Assembly: GCF_009914755.1 (NCBI RefSeq)
Contig: NC_060936.1
Strand: one strand, 5' to 3'
Length of the DNA: 64,000 nt
DNA from: the human T2T-CHM13v2.0 reference genome, Homo sapiens
Below the pieces are notes generated by a model. It saw only the letters and a list, made by a program, of their open reading frames with translations. It was not told where the DNA came from and ran no database searches. Of the stretch, positions 28,621 through 41,900 are shown piece after piece. The position numbers were made by a program, and so were the translations under genes. Each line of letters opens with the position of its first letter. The stretch's first letter is position 1.

Positions 28621-29297
28621 TGTCTTAGTCTATTTGGGCTGCTATAACTAAAAAACACCATAAACTGTATAAGTTACAAACAACAGAATTTGATTTCTCA
28701 TAGTTCTGGAGGCTTGGAAGCCACTATTAAGGTGCTAACAGATGTCTCTAGTGACAGCCCATTTCCTGGTTCATAGATGGTGCCTTGTCATGGTGGGACC
28801 ATGAGAAAGAACAAAGAAGAACAGGGAACTCTCACTTTCAGTGGACCAGCCACCAGTGTACTCTGCCATTTTGGAGGCTGGACCTCTCTTAAATCACAGG
28901 AGTTGGAGAGAGTTGTAACATTTGGATGAAATTTTAAAAATAGATCTAGTAGTTCTGTTTTTTTGGACAAGTGAAGAAAATTATTCCTGCTATGGTCTGA
29001 ATGTTGTGTACCTCCAGAATTCATATGGTTGAAGGGCAAGGCAGTTCCTTCACATGGTGGAAGGGGCAAGGCACGTGATGTCTTCACATGGTGGAAGGGG
29101 TGAGGCACATGATATCTTCACATGGTGGAAGGGGTGAGGCAGCTCTCTGGGGTTTTTAATAAGGGCACTCATCCCATTTATGAGGCCTCTACCCTCATGA
29201 TGTAATCACCTCCCTTACCTCCTAATACTATCACCTTGAGCATTAGGTTTCAACATATGAGAATATTTGGAGGTGCACAAACATTCAGACCACAGCA
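28621..29297 (-). mobile_element. Second MLT1A/MST-like LTR, internally rearranged
   Basis: Starts tgtcttagtctatttgggctgc and ends acattcagaccacagca; contains an inverted insert and a triplication. Confidence 0.75.
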
Positions 29298-29472
29298 GCA
29301 ATAATTTTCTTCACTTGTCAAGAAAAATGGCACTACTAGATCTATTTTTAAACTTGCATTCAAAAGTCACAACTCTCTTCACCTTCTGTGATTTAACAGG
29401 AGTCAAACCTCCAAAATGGCAGAGTCCAATGGTGGCTGGTCCACTGAAAGTTTGAGTTCTTGTTCTTCTTTG
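28812..29472. repeat. ~220-bp diverged inverted repeat (arms ~28812-29033 and ~29249-29472)
   Basis: Read directly; opposite-strand ORF translations share HSDHS.NNFLHLS...LLDLFL...VTTL...CDL..V.PPKWQS..VAGPLKV. Confidence 0.92.
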
Positions 29473-30606
29473 GTCCCCCTGGGTATCCCCCATGTCAGAA
29501 TGCTTACTGAACTCCATTATGATTTTATGCTAGAAGAACATGCTGAAGTCTCTTTTCCTTTTTCCTCTTTCCTCCCTCTAATTATTGTAGAGTTCCAGAT
29601 GACTCTGGTTTTTTTCCTCTAATAACACCACAAATTTAATTCACTTTATTTAAGAAGAAATTGTTACAGCTTTAATCTGGAGGCAACCAGCTTGCTTGCT
29701 CCCAGCTGCTCAGTATGGAGAAGAGAGGCCAACTTGCCCAGCTCCTTTGAATGCAGTAATTTATCCTGATAACTGCTCTAAACACTTCTCCCCGCTTCAT
29801 TCTCATGCACTGAGCTGAAGTATTCTGAGGCTTACTCCTGGGTAAGAGTGCTCCTAAGAGTGTTTTGAGTATTGTTTATTCTTTTCTCATCCCAGCAGAG
29901 GAGAAGGAACCATCAGAAGGGAGGAAACTGACAATAAGGAAGAAATCACTGATAAAGCAAGTTCCCCAAGGGTGTGGAAAGATAGAATTGTGAAGACAGG
30001 TAGCACAGGAATAGCAACACTTTCTCTTCTATTAACTGGAGAGAAGATGGCAGGAGAGCTGGGATCAGAGACAGTGGGTTAAATTATCCCAATGCCTTGC
30101 CTCTAATAGGGACTCAACTACTTATTGAACTTGATAGATGTTAACTAGTGACACAAACTTCCAGCTCCTAGTGAGTAACAACAGGTATCATTGTAACACA
30201 TCATATCTGGCAACAGAGCACTGGACTGCGTGGGTCATGTAGATAAACTAATGGAGCAATCGGTATACTCAGTAGTCACCTATTCTTTTAATTATAATGA
30301 TTATCAAGTGCACTTTACAGTCAACATACCAGGAGTAACCTACACTAGCAGCATAAATCCTCTCTCATCTTTAAATATTGCTAAAAGACTAAAGAAGGAA
30401 ACCAACAAGGATTGAGCTCTTAAGTGTCAGGCTCTTTGCAAAGTACCTTACTACATTGTTTCATTGAATTACTCGTAACAACACTATTGAAGAAACTGAC
30501 TCAGGGAAATTAAGTACCTTGCCAATGTCATGGGCCTAGAAAGCAGAGCTGGGATTCAAACTTAGATGGCTTCACTTAAAAACCCACTCTTTCCACATGC
30601 CACAAT

Positions 30607-30654
30607 GCAAAAAAAAAAAGAAAAAAAAAAGCAAGGAAAGAAAGAGAGAGAGAG

Positions 30655-30700
<46 letters not shown>
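30607..30700. repeat. A-rich/(GA)n/(GAAA)n microsatellite
   Basis: Read directly. Confidence 0.9.
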
Positions 30701-31781
30701 TTTAATCTCCAATAAATTAATCTCATACCAGAAAAAGACCATTCAAGCACCTTACAGAGACAATGTGTAGCAGAAAAGCAATCTCACTGAACCTCTTTTC
30801 TGTATCTTCTATGAAGTATCACAGATTTGTGCGTATTTTCAGAAAACTGACAACTTGTGGATAGAGGATAACTTTTTGTCCATCTCTAGATTTCCCCTAT
30901 TCTGGTGAGACAGCAGTTTTAAAATGCCTCCTATTTCTCTCCCTCTGAATTTGAGGTCCTCTATTATTTTCTGCTGTCAGAACTCAGACAAATCTTATTA
31001 TTTTATTAGGTCATTGGATATGATTTATATGTCTCTTAGGAGGAGTGACTGTAGAAAGGGAGAGTGATAGGACTTATCAGCCCCGGAGAGGACTGAGCTC
31101 ACCTATTAAGTTATCCTGTCTGCCCTGTACTTGACAGTTTTTAATGCTTCCACCTCCTGCAGCTTCCAGTGTTTGTCCTTCTGAAGTGCCCATTCCAGAT
31201 ATTATTGTTACATTGTGCCAGTACTTATGGCCCAAGCATGCTAGTGCTTTCCATGTCTTGGGCATAGACTGCTGTAACAGTTCCCTGCTGTCCTCCTTTC
31301 AATGCATCATCCAAAAACCTCAAATGATCAGCAGGAACCAACTACAGCCTCTGAAGCAAGCAACATACCCTGGCTCAGGCTACTTTCAAGTTAAAATTAT
31401 TTCTTGGTAGGCAATGATTGTGTCTTGCTAACTCTCCATTAACCTGACAGTTCCTGCTTCGTCCTCCTCAGCCTTCATTGTGTTATCATTTTATACAGCT
31501 AGTGAGCTCCTCAAGTTATTTGCCCATGATAACTGTTACCTGCCAGAGGATGAACAAATAGGGACAGAGAGAGATGTGACTTCCTTGTATCAGTCAGCAT
31601 AGCCAAAATTATGCTGTGGCAACAACTGACCCCCAAAATCTCAGTGTCTTACAACGATAGAGGTTTATTTCTCATTCATATTATATGTTCATTGTGGGTG
31701 GGCATGTGTCTTTACTTCAGGACCTCAGCTAATAAAACAGACTCCCTGAGGAACATTGTCTTTGGTAGAGGCAAATTGAAA

Positions 31782-32268
31782 CTGGACAATTGTTCCATCA
31801 AACTAATGTTTATGGTTTCTTTTGAACAAACATAGAAATTGACCCTCCCAGCCTTCAAATTTGAGAAAGTTACAATTGTCTTATCTGAGTTCCTTTCTCA
31901 GGAAACCAACCATCAGGCCTCCCAGATAGTATCAGGGAACTGAAACTCACCAGATCACCACATCTGGACAATGAGACACCAGACACCTCACCGTCATGAT
32001 CACCTAACCAACTACCTGTTTCCTGTTGACCAACTCCTCTTTCTTACCCCTCCTTAATCCTTGTTTCCCTACATGTAATTACATTTATCTCCTGCTATAT
32101 AAACCCCTGATCTTAGTTAGTCAGGGAGATGTATTTTAGAGTGCTCTTCCATCTCCTTGGCTGCAGCACTCAAAACCTTCTTCCCTGACAATACTCATTG
32201 TCTCAGTGATTGGCTTTCTGTGAGGCAAGCAGCAGGACCTAGATCAAACCCCTGGTGTTTCAGTAACA
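31782..32268 (+). mobile_element. MER39-like ERV1 LTR inserted in an older MLT1 fragment
   Basis: TATA 'tgctatataaacccc'; end 'cagcaggacctagatcaaacccctggtgtttcagtaaca'; 5' boundary approximate. Confidence 0.65.
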
Positions 32269-33338
32269 AAATGAAGCACGCAGAACAGAAACATCTGTCC
32301 CCACTTAACCAACAACACAAGTCACATGATCATTCCTGATATCAACAGAGAGAGAATGTGAAATCCTCCTTTGGGGAGCAGTACCCCAACGAGAGGCAGT
32401 GTTGGGGAGCAGTACCCCATCGAGAGGCAGCACACATTTAGAACAATAATACAATCTACCACACTCACTTCGATATAGACCTGTCATGATATTCCCAAAT
32501 TGCCTTAGAGGGAGTGCCGTCTATGGAGCCCCAGTCTCAAGACTCTTCCGCAGATTCTGCCAGGGCAGCAGACACCTGCTCATTTTCTCAGCCATGCCTG
32601 CCATGTTGAATTGAGCCTCTCTGACACTGACAGATGGCACTGGTTTCCTAGAGACTCCGAGGTGAATCAAGGTGTTGCTCCTGGTCTTTATAATTCCCAG
32701 ACTGTCTGATATTTGTATCTAAAGAGGGAGACCTCATCACTTGCCCAGCCCCGGGGGCAGGGTAGGTAGAGAAGCCCATCCCCTGGAGCCCCACATTTCT
32801 GTCAATGAAGGACATTGTATTCTGAGTCACTTCTTTTTACAGCCTGTCAGAGACCAAATTAGATCACTGTGAAGGAATACACTATGACCCATCTGTCCAT
32901 TCAAATAAATCACTGACCTTTGTTTTTATTTTTTGTTTTTTGCCCTAGCAGAAAGGTGTTCAAAACAGCTGTTTCTGTGATAAATCTTTAAGAGTTTAAT
33001 AGGATAAATGTTGTACTTGATGTTTTATGCTATGATTATTTCTGTATTGAAAGGCATAGGACTTAAGAAGATAATGCTGTCCTTGGCAGCATGAGAGACA
33101 TGTGAAATAAAGATGATTTAATGACTTGAATTATGTTAATAAACAGAAAATACCTGTGTAGGAGGTTTTTCTTCTAAATATGGTTACTCAAAATCTAGCT
33201 GAAGACCATTTCAAAAGAACTAATAATATAATAATATAATAATTTTATATACACTAATTTGGTGGCTACAAGCACACACACAAACTATATACATACATAC
33301 ATATATAAGTATATATATGTATGTGTGTATATATATAT

Positions 33339-33369
<31 letters not shown>

Positions 33370-33593
33370 AGAGTGTTAACCATTACTCATATAAATCAGG
33401 GAGACAGAACAAATTTAAAAAGTATCTCCTGTGGTGATATAAATAGACTGTGGTGACTACACTACTGTAGTTGAGTTTTGAAACTCACATGAAAACAACT
33501 GATATTCCTTTACTGAAGAACTATTTACCGAGCGCCAACTCTGAGTCAGGCACTCATCCAAGCACAAGGTATGCAAGAGATGGAAGCAGATAA

Positions 33594-33730
33594 CCTGTAA
33601 TCCCAGTGCTTTGGGAAGCCGAGGTGGGAGGATTGTTTGAGCCCAGGAGTTTGAGGGTGCAGTGAACTATGACTGTGCCACCACACTCTAGCCTGGGCAA
33701 CAAGAGCGAGACCGCATCTAAAAAAAAAGA
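33594..33730 (+). mobile_element. Monomeric Alu (FRAM/AluJ arm) within L2
   Basis: 'cctgtaatcccagtgctttggg...gcagtgaactatgactgtgccacc...gcctgggcaacaagagcgagacc'. Confidence 0.75.
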
Positions 33731-33796
33731 AATCCCATCCTTCATAGAACTTATGTTTTAGTGGGAGGAAAAAGACAAATGAAATATAGAAGACAT

Positions 33797-34262
33797 CGTC
33801 TGTTTCCACCTCCTGGTCCACTCTCCACTCTGATCTGTGCCCTGCGAGGCCCATCTGTATAGACTGCATCCATAAGCTCACTTTCTCTTCTGCCTCCAGG
33901 TAGATTTAGCCAATGGGAGGAACTTGCAAGAGATCAGAGAACAAGAGGAGTTGACAAGTTGAGTTGACTCATCAAGGGATGGCTGCATCCTTCTCCCAGA
34001 GGCAGCCCGCTCCACATTGCTATCCTTTCTAGGTGCCTCTCTCTGTCCTGGTAACTGTTCTCTCACTTTGACCCTATAGGCCTTGGGGTGGCAATGGCTC
34101 CCACCAGCACCACCACCATGGTTGCTGGTCCCATCACATTACAGCAGCCCTCTGAAGCTTCCCTAAACCTTGCCCACACCTTTGTTAACCACTCTTTTAT
34201 TACACTGTCCCAAGTCATCCAGTTCGAGGGTACTGTTTCCTGCTCTAACCCTGACCCATACA
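33797..34262 (+). mobile_element. LTR33-like ERVL LTR
   Basis: 'atttagccaatgggagg...gagatcagag' and a 3' end 'tgtttcctgctctaaccctgacccataca'. Confidence 0.5.
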
Positions 34263-34709
34263 CAAAATAAGGAAGTAAATTATATAGTAAATTGAATGTT
34301 GATAAGCTTTGTTGAGAAAAACAAAGCAGGGAAAGCAGATAAGGAGTGCTGGACCAGGACAGGTGGGTGCTTTTTAAATAGGGTGGTCAGGGAAAGCTTC
34401 ATCAATAAACGTGTCTAATACTGCAGATTTGTCCATCTTCCAGCAGACCTTTCCTTTCAAAGGAAATCTTACAAGGACCTGAAAATTTAAAACCTGGAAG
34501 AGAGAAACATCACTGGTTGGAGCAGAGGCAGGAGTAGAGATGAAGGCTCAGAGCTCTGCCCCATGGCCTATTTCTCCCTATACCCTCCAAGCCTCTACAA
34601 ACTCATGTACCACCCCACCCCTAGCTTCTGATGCATCTTGACTGGCCCTAGTACTTCAAGATACACACAACCAAGGAAGATACAAAATATTGTGTTTCCT
34701 TTTAAGCAG

Positions 34710-34984
34710 CAGGATCTCACTCTATCTCCCAGGCTATGGTTGCAGTGGTGCAACCATAGCTCACTGCAGCCTCCTAATCCTGGGCTTAAGGGATCCTCCT
34801 GCCTCAGCCTCCTGAGTAGCTGGAATTACAGGAGTGTGTCACCAAGCCTGGCTAATTTTTTAATTGAGAGGCAGGGTCTTGCTATGTTGCCCAGACTGGT
34901 CTTGAACTCTTGGCCTCAAGTGATTCTCCCTCCTCAGCCTCCCAAAGTGCAGGGATTATAGGGACATGCTGCCATGCCTGGCCA
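34710..34984 (-). mobile_element. AluJ
   Basis: J diagnostics 'atagctcactgcagcctc...gggcttaagggatcctcc'. Confidence 0.85.
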
Positions 34985-35712
34985 ATATTTGGTTCTTAAT
35001 CCTCTCCAAGTTTTACATTGTATCATTCCAAAGAAACAAAACTACTCCATCTTACCTTTAGGAAACAGCTTTTGTAGCGCCATGACTGAATGTTATGTCC
35101 TCATCTCTCACTCACTCCTGAAAACAGAAACGGTCTCACATATATTTTGTCTTTCATCTTTATTTGTAAAATTGACATTCAGGATCCTGTTTCTATTTTC
35201 TCCATGTCATCTATATAAGTACAGATATGATAAATTATCTCAGGGCCAGGAAAAAGTTTGTCTCTTCTGTTGAACTACAATCTTTCCTTCTATTGGACAA
35301 TAAGAAGTGTGTATTTCATCATGTTTTCCTCTTCACGGTGGCTTACAGGAAACTCAGAGCCAAGTGTCATGTTAAAGTGCTATGACTTTTCTCAAGGATG
35401 TTTTCTTAATGTAATTTTCTTCTCTAGTTTCCCTTTTATGGTTTTGTTTCGTATGCTTTATTTTATTGCATGATTTTCTTACAGAGGCAGGCAAGCTGTA
35501 AATATATATTATAATGCAATCTAATTAAAATTTTTTCATTTTATTTTGGCTGACTTTTCCTGGTTATATATACAATATCAATATAATCTATAAAAATGAA
35601 AGCTTTAGCTAATTAGTTATTTTTGTTCTCTTTACTAAAATAAGCTATTTGATGTTTTTCTTACTCAGGAGACTGATTTCTTAATTCATGATTAAAAAAA
35701 AAAAAACAATAT

Positions 35713-35890
35713 GAGCTGGGCATGGTGGCCCACACCTGTAGTCCTAGATACTCAGGAGGCTGAGGCAGGAGGATTTCTTGAGCTCAGGAGTTCAAGGCTA
35801 TAGAACACTACAATTGCACCTATGAATAGCCACTGCACTTCAGGTCATGCAATGTAGCGAGACACCATCTCTAGAAAAATAAACTAATTA
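35713..35890 (+). mobile_element. FAM (fossil Alu monomer)
   Basis: Retains the 7SL-like 'attgcacctatgaatagccactgcact' segment; aaaaacaata flanks both sides. Confidence 0.8.
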
Positions 35891-36735
35891 AAATAAATTT
35901 TTAAAAACAATACTTCTGGATAATTATTATTGTCAGGATCCATGCTCAGTTCTGAGGATTCAAAGATGAATGTGGTACAGACCCTGTCCTAAAGGAATTT
36001 ACAGTCTAGAAGTGAAGAGTTCTTCATTCTTTCAAACTTCTCATTCCAAACCAGTATTTATTTGTAGTTTTAAAACTAATTTGCAGAATAATACATTTTT
36101 GAAAGTAAAATTGGTTTTCCCCCTTAGTTCTGTTCTCTCATTCTAATAGATATAGAGATAAAACAAATCAACATTCTAAGCATTCTGCAAATGTAAGCAT
36201 TCAAACAAACGTAAGATTGCTTTTAAAACGCTCTCTACAATAAGCATTTATGGAGGCCAGCCAAAGCTTCCATCGACTCACTAGGGCTGTGGTGCTTTTG
36301 TTGTTGATCCATCCTACTCTCTTCAACATTAAAATAAAAAAAATTTAAAATTAGTATTTGGCTTAGAAAGCCTGAAATGTGTCCACCTTACAGGTCAAGC
36401 CACGTTTTTAGATAAATCATAATTTCTAGCAGGTTTTGTAGCTTCCCAAGTTTGATGATTAGTTCTGTGCCAGTGGCCATGCCAAAACTCTCTGCTGAGG
36501 CATTTTCAAAACCCCAGGTTATAGATATCACCAGTCCGAGTGAACCTCCAACCTCTTATAACATTCATTTATTTGACAAATATTCACTAAACACCTACGA
36601 TGTGTCAGGCTGCAATACTAGGTGGAGGGATACGAAATGGTAAATAAGATAGATACGTTCCCTGCTCTCACGAAGCTCAGTCTAACAGATGATACAAAAA
36701 GTAAACAATTGACTCCAAGTATGATAAGTGTAAGC

Positions 36736-38522
36736 TGAAGGAGTTCAGAACACACCACCCTAAATAAGCCATCCTGGCATATTGACTGTTTTGAGTTAAA
36801 GGTACTTGAAAAACAGCATATGCAAGAAGGACATTTTGAGTCCCCCTTCCTTTTCCTAAAATCAGAAGATGAGATTCCCATGTGAGATATGCCCCCCTTA
36901 TACCAGGAGAAAATAAACATTCTTATAATTAAGGACAGTAAGTGAGACTGAAAGAATTCTGTATGAACAGACCTTGTTAAAATAATGTTTATCTTTCTTT
37001 AGGCTCCCCATACATTTTAACTACTTTTCCACAATCACCTCTCTTTGCTACCTAATATAAAAGCACTTGGATTTTGTCACCTCTTTGAGTCTTCATTTCC
37101 TTATGAGGGCTCCCATGTCATGTAAAATGTACATTAAATAAATGTGTGTGTTTTTTCTGTTAATCTGTCTCATGCCAATTTAATTCTCAGGCCAATCTTT
37201 TTTTTAAATTTTACTATTATTATACTTTAAGTTTTAGGGTACACGTGCACAACATGCAGGTTTGTTACATATGTATACATGTGCCATGTTGGTGTGCTGC
37301 ACCCATTAACTCATCATTCAGCATTAGGTATATCTCCTAATGCTATCCCTCCCCGCTCCCCCTACCCCACAACAGTTCCCGGTGTGTAATGTTCCCCTTC
37401 CTGTGTCCATGTGTTCTCATTGTTCAATTCCCACCTATGAGTGAGAACATGCGGCGTTTGGTTTTTTGTCTTTGCAATAGTTTGCTGAGAGTGATGGTTT
37501 CAGCTTCATCCATGTCCCTACAAAGGACATGAACTCATCATTTTTTATGGCTGCATAGTATTCCATGGTGTATATGTGCCACATTTTCTTAATCCAGTCT
37601 ATCATTGTTGGACATTTGGGTTGGTTCCAAGTCTTTGCTATTGTGAATAGTGTCGCAATAAACATAACATGTGCATGTGTCTTCATAGCAGCATGATTTA
37701 TAGTCCTTTGGGTATATACCCAGTAATGGGATGGCTGGGTCAAATGGTATTTCTAGTTCTAGATCCCTGAGGAATCCCCACACTGACTTCCACAATGGTT
37801 GAACTAGTTTACAGTCCCACCAACAGTGTAAAAGTGTTCCTATTTCTCCACGTCCTCTCCAGCACCTGTTGTTTCCTGACTTTTTAATGATCGCCATTCT
37901 AACTGGTGTGAGATGGTATCTCATTGTGGTTTTGATTTGCATTTCTCTGATGGCCAGTGATGATGAGCATTTTTTCATGTGTTTTTTGGCTGCATAAATG
38001 TCTTCTTTTGAGAAGTGTCTGTTCATATCCTTCACCCACTTTTTGATGGGGTTGTTTGTTTTTTTCTTGTAAATTTGTTTGAGTTCATTGTAGATTCTGG
38101 ATATTAGCCTTTGTCAGATGAGTAGGTTGCAAAAATTTTCTCCCATTCTGTATGTTGCCTGTTCACTCTGATGGTAGTTTCTTTTGCTGTGCAGAAGCTC
38201 TTTAGTTTAATTAGATCCCATTTGTCAATTTTGGCTTTTGTTGCCATTGCTTTTGGTGTTTTAGACATGAAGTCCTTGCCCGTGCCTATGTCCTCAATGG
38301 TATTGCCTAGGTTTTCTTCTAGGGTTTTTATGGTTTTAGGCCTAATATGTAAGTCTTTAATCTATCTCAAATTAATTTTTGTATAAGGTGTAAGGAAGGG
38401 ATCCAGTTTCAGCTTTCTACATATGGTTAGCCAGTTTTCCCAGCACCGTTTATTAAACAGGGAATTCTCAGACCAATCTTAAGCCCCAAAGAGAGAAGTG
38501 GTAATGTTTTGCCTTCCAAACA
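36736..38522 (+). mobile_element. MER34-family ERV1 LTR split by an L1 insertion
   Basis: 'tgaaggagttcagaacacaccaccctaaata...ggcatattgactgttttgagttaaagg'; resumes after 38480. Confidence 0.65.
37200..38462 (-). mobile_element. 5'-truncated young L1PA (PA3/PA4-like)
   Basis: ORF2 C-terminal translations (37589-38035); young 3' UTR; 18-bp TSD aattctcag(g/a)ccaatctt at 37182-37199 and 38463-38480. Confidence 0.93.
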
Positions 38523-38910
38523 GAGCTCTATAAGGGTGGAGATTTTTGTCTGTTGCCTTCACTGCTGCATCTCCCATTCATATAATGGTGCCCACATCAA
38601 TAAATATTTGCTGAACACATGGTATGAAAAAGGAAGCACAGGGCTCTACAAGAGTGTGTACCAGGGGATATCACCCAGTCTGGAGGGCTGAGGAAGGAAA
38701 TCCTGAAGGAAGGGCATCCTAGACGATACTTAAATGATGAGTTGTAGAGAAAAGAAAAGAGTAATATAGGAGGAAGAAAAACTTTGTTTGAAAGCCCAGA
38801 TGTAAACAAACTGAGGTTTAAACAGTAAATAAACAAATACCCAGAATGATTGAAGTGAAAAAGGCATAGAGCAGAGTGACACGAGATGGGATTGAACAGT
38901 TGGATATAAG

Positions 38911-41900
38911 CACAGGGGATGTACACCCGTCTATGATATTGTTCATAATATTCAGGGAGGAAGAGGATGATATTATTTTTAATATTGCAGGGGGTGTACA
39001 TCCCCTTGTGATATAGTTCCTAATATCCAGTGGAAGAGAGAATATTACTCCCAATATCGCAGGGGTGTACACCTCCCTGTGAGAGTATTCGTAATACCCA
39101 GGGTGGGAGAGGATGATATTACTTCCATTTTCCCAGGAAGTGTAACCCCCCCCGCCACCGAGATACTGTTCATAATATTCAGTGGGGGAGAGGATATTAC
39201 TCCCAATATCACAGGAGGTGTATATCCTTCTGTGATATTGTTCATAATACCAGTGACAGAAACGATGATATTACTCCAAACATCAAAGGGGGTGTACACG
39301 CCCCTGCGATATTGTTCGTAATATCCGAAGGAAGAGAGGATTATATTATTCCTAATATCGCAAGGGTTGTACACCACACTGTGATATTGTTGGTAATATC
39401 CAGGGACCGAAAGGATGATATTACTCCCAACATCGCAGATGGTGTAAACCCCCCGGTGATGTTTTTCATAATATCCAGGGGGAAAGAGGATGATATTACT
39501 CCCAATATCGCAGGGGTAGTACACCCTCCTGTGATATTCTTCCTAATATCCGGGGTGGGGGGGAGAGGATGAAATTACTCTCAATATCAAAGGAGGTGTA
39601 CACCCTTTTGTGGTACTGTTCGTAATATCCAGAAGGAGAGAGAGTAATATTACTCCCAATATCATGGGGGGTGTACACTCCAATATCGTTGGGGGTGTAC
39701 ATCCCCCTGTGATAGTCTTAATATCTGGGGGTGGAGGGGGGAGAGGATGATATTACTCCCAATATCGCATGGGGTGTATACCACCTCTATGATATTGTTC
39801 CTAATATCCAGGGTGGGGGGGAGAGAATGATACTATTCCCAACATCGCAGCAAGTGTACACCTCTTCTGTGATATTGTTCCTAATATCCATAAGTGGAGA
39901 GAATAATATTACTCCTAATATCGCAGAGTGTGTTCACCCCCCCACCCACCATGATATTGTTGGTAATATCCAGGGGGAAGGAGGATTAATTTACTCTCAA
40001 TATCGCAGGAGGTGTACACGACTCTGTAACATTGTTGTAATTGTTTGTGTATTGTGTACACCCCCTATGGTATTGTTCGTAATATCCAGGGGAGGAGAGG
40101 ATAATATTATTCCCAATATCGCAGAGGAGTACACCCCTCTGTGATATTGTTCATAATATCCAAGGGCGGGGGAGAGGATGATATTACTCCCAATATCGCA
40201 GAGGATGTACATTCCCCTGGTGGTATTGTTTGTAATATCCGGCGGGGAGAGGTTATACACCCTTCTGTGATATTGATTCTAATATCCAAAAGCAAAAAGG
40301 ATGATATTACTTTCAATATCGCAGAGTGTGTACACCCCCACCCCCCCATGTGATCTTGTTCGTAATATCCAGGGGAAAGAGGATGATTGTCCTTCCAATA
40401 TCGCAGTGGGTGTACACTTCACCGCTGATATTTTTCGTAATATCCAGGAAGGAAAAAGATGATATTACTCCCCAAATCGCAGTGGGTGTACACCTTCCTG
40501 TGATATTGTTCCTAATATCCAGGTGGGGAGAGGATGATATTACTCCCAATATTGCAAGGGGTGTATAACCCCCTGTGATATTGTTGCTAATATTCAGAAG
40601 GGGAGAGAATGGTATTACTCCCAATATCGCAGGGGGTGTACACCCCTTCGTTGATATTGTTCCTAATATTCAGGGGGGGAGAGAATGATTTTACTCCCAA
40701 TATCACAGCATGTGTACATCCCTTCTGTGATATTGTTCCTAATATCTAGAAGGGGAGAGGATAATATTACTCCTAATACCGCAGGAAGTGTACAGCCCCC
40801 CTGTAATATTGTTCCTAATACCTAAGGAAGAAAAGGATGATATTACTCCCTATATCGCAGGGGATATACACCACCCCCGTGATATCGTTCCAAATATCCA
40901 GGGGAGGAGAGGATGATATTACACCTCACCCAGTGACATTGTTCCTAATATCACGAGAGGACAGGATAATATTACTTTCAGTATCACAGTGAGTGTACAC
41001 CTTCCTTGTGATATTGTTCCTAATATCCAGGGGAAGAGATGGTGATATTACTGTCAATATCGCAAAAGGGGTACACTCCCCCTGTGATATTGTTTTTTCT
41101 AATAGACAGGGGGAAAGAGGATGATATTACTCTCAATATCGCAGAGGGGTGTGCACCCTCTGTGATATTGTACCTAATATCCAAGGGTAAAGAGGATGAC
41201 ATTACTCCCTATATTGCAGTGAGTGTACACACCCCCTGTGACATTGTTCCTAATATCCAAAGGGGGATAGGATGATATTACTCCCACTATCGCAGGGTGT
41301 GTACGACCACCCTGTGATACAGCTCCCAATATCCAGGGGGTGAGAGGATAACATTACTCCCAATATCACAGTGAATGTACACCTTTTCTGTGATATTGTT
41401 CTTAATATCCAGGGGGGCAGAGGATGATATTACTCCTAATATTGCAGGGGTTGTACATCTCCCCTGTGATATTGTTCCTAATACCCAGCGCGGGGAGAGG
41501 ATGATATTACATTCAATATCGCAGGCGGTGTACAACCCCGCTGTGATACTGTTCCTAATATCTATGAAAAGAGAGGACAATATTGCTCCCAATATCGCTG
41601 GTGCTGTACATCTTCCCTGCGATATTATTTCTAATATTCAGGGGGGAGACGATAATATTACTCCCAATATCGCAGGACGTGTACATCTTCCGGTAATACT
41701 GTTCCTAATATCCACGAGGGGAGAGAATGATATTACTCCAAATATTGCAGGGGTTGTACACTCACCCTATGATATTGTTCCTAATATCCACTGGAAAAGA
41801 CGATGATATTCCTACCAATATCGCGGGGGGGGGGGGGGGGGTGTGTACACCTTCCTGTGATATTGTTTGTAATACCCAGGGAGGAAAAGGATGATATTAC

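Noticed and set aside
28788-29455. Two paralogous small proteins on opposite strands
   Set aside because: The similarity reflects the inverted DNA duplication; no start context or coding evidence
37200-38462. This L1 being the segment excised from the L1PA7 at ~21972
   Set aside because: Different, younger 3' UTR with its own tail and 18-bp TSD, so an independent retrotransposition
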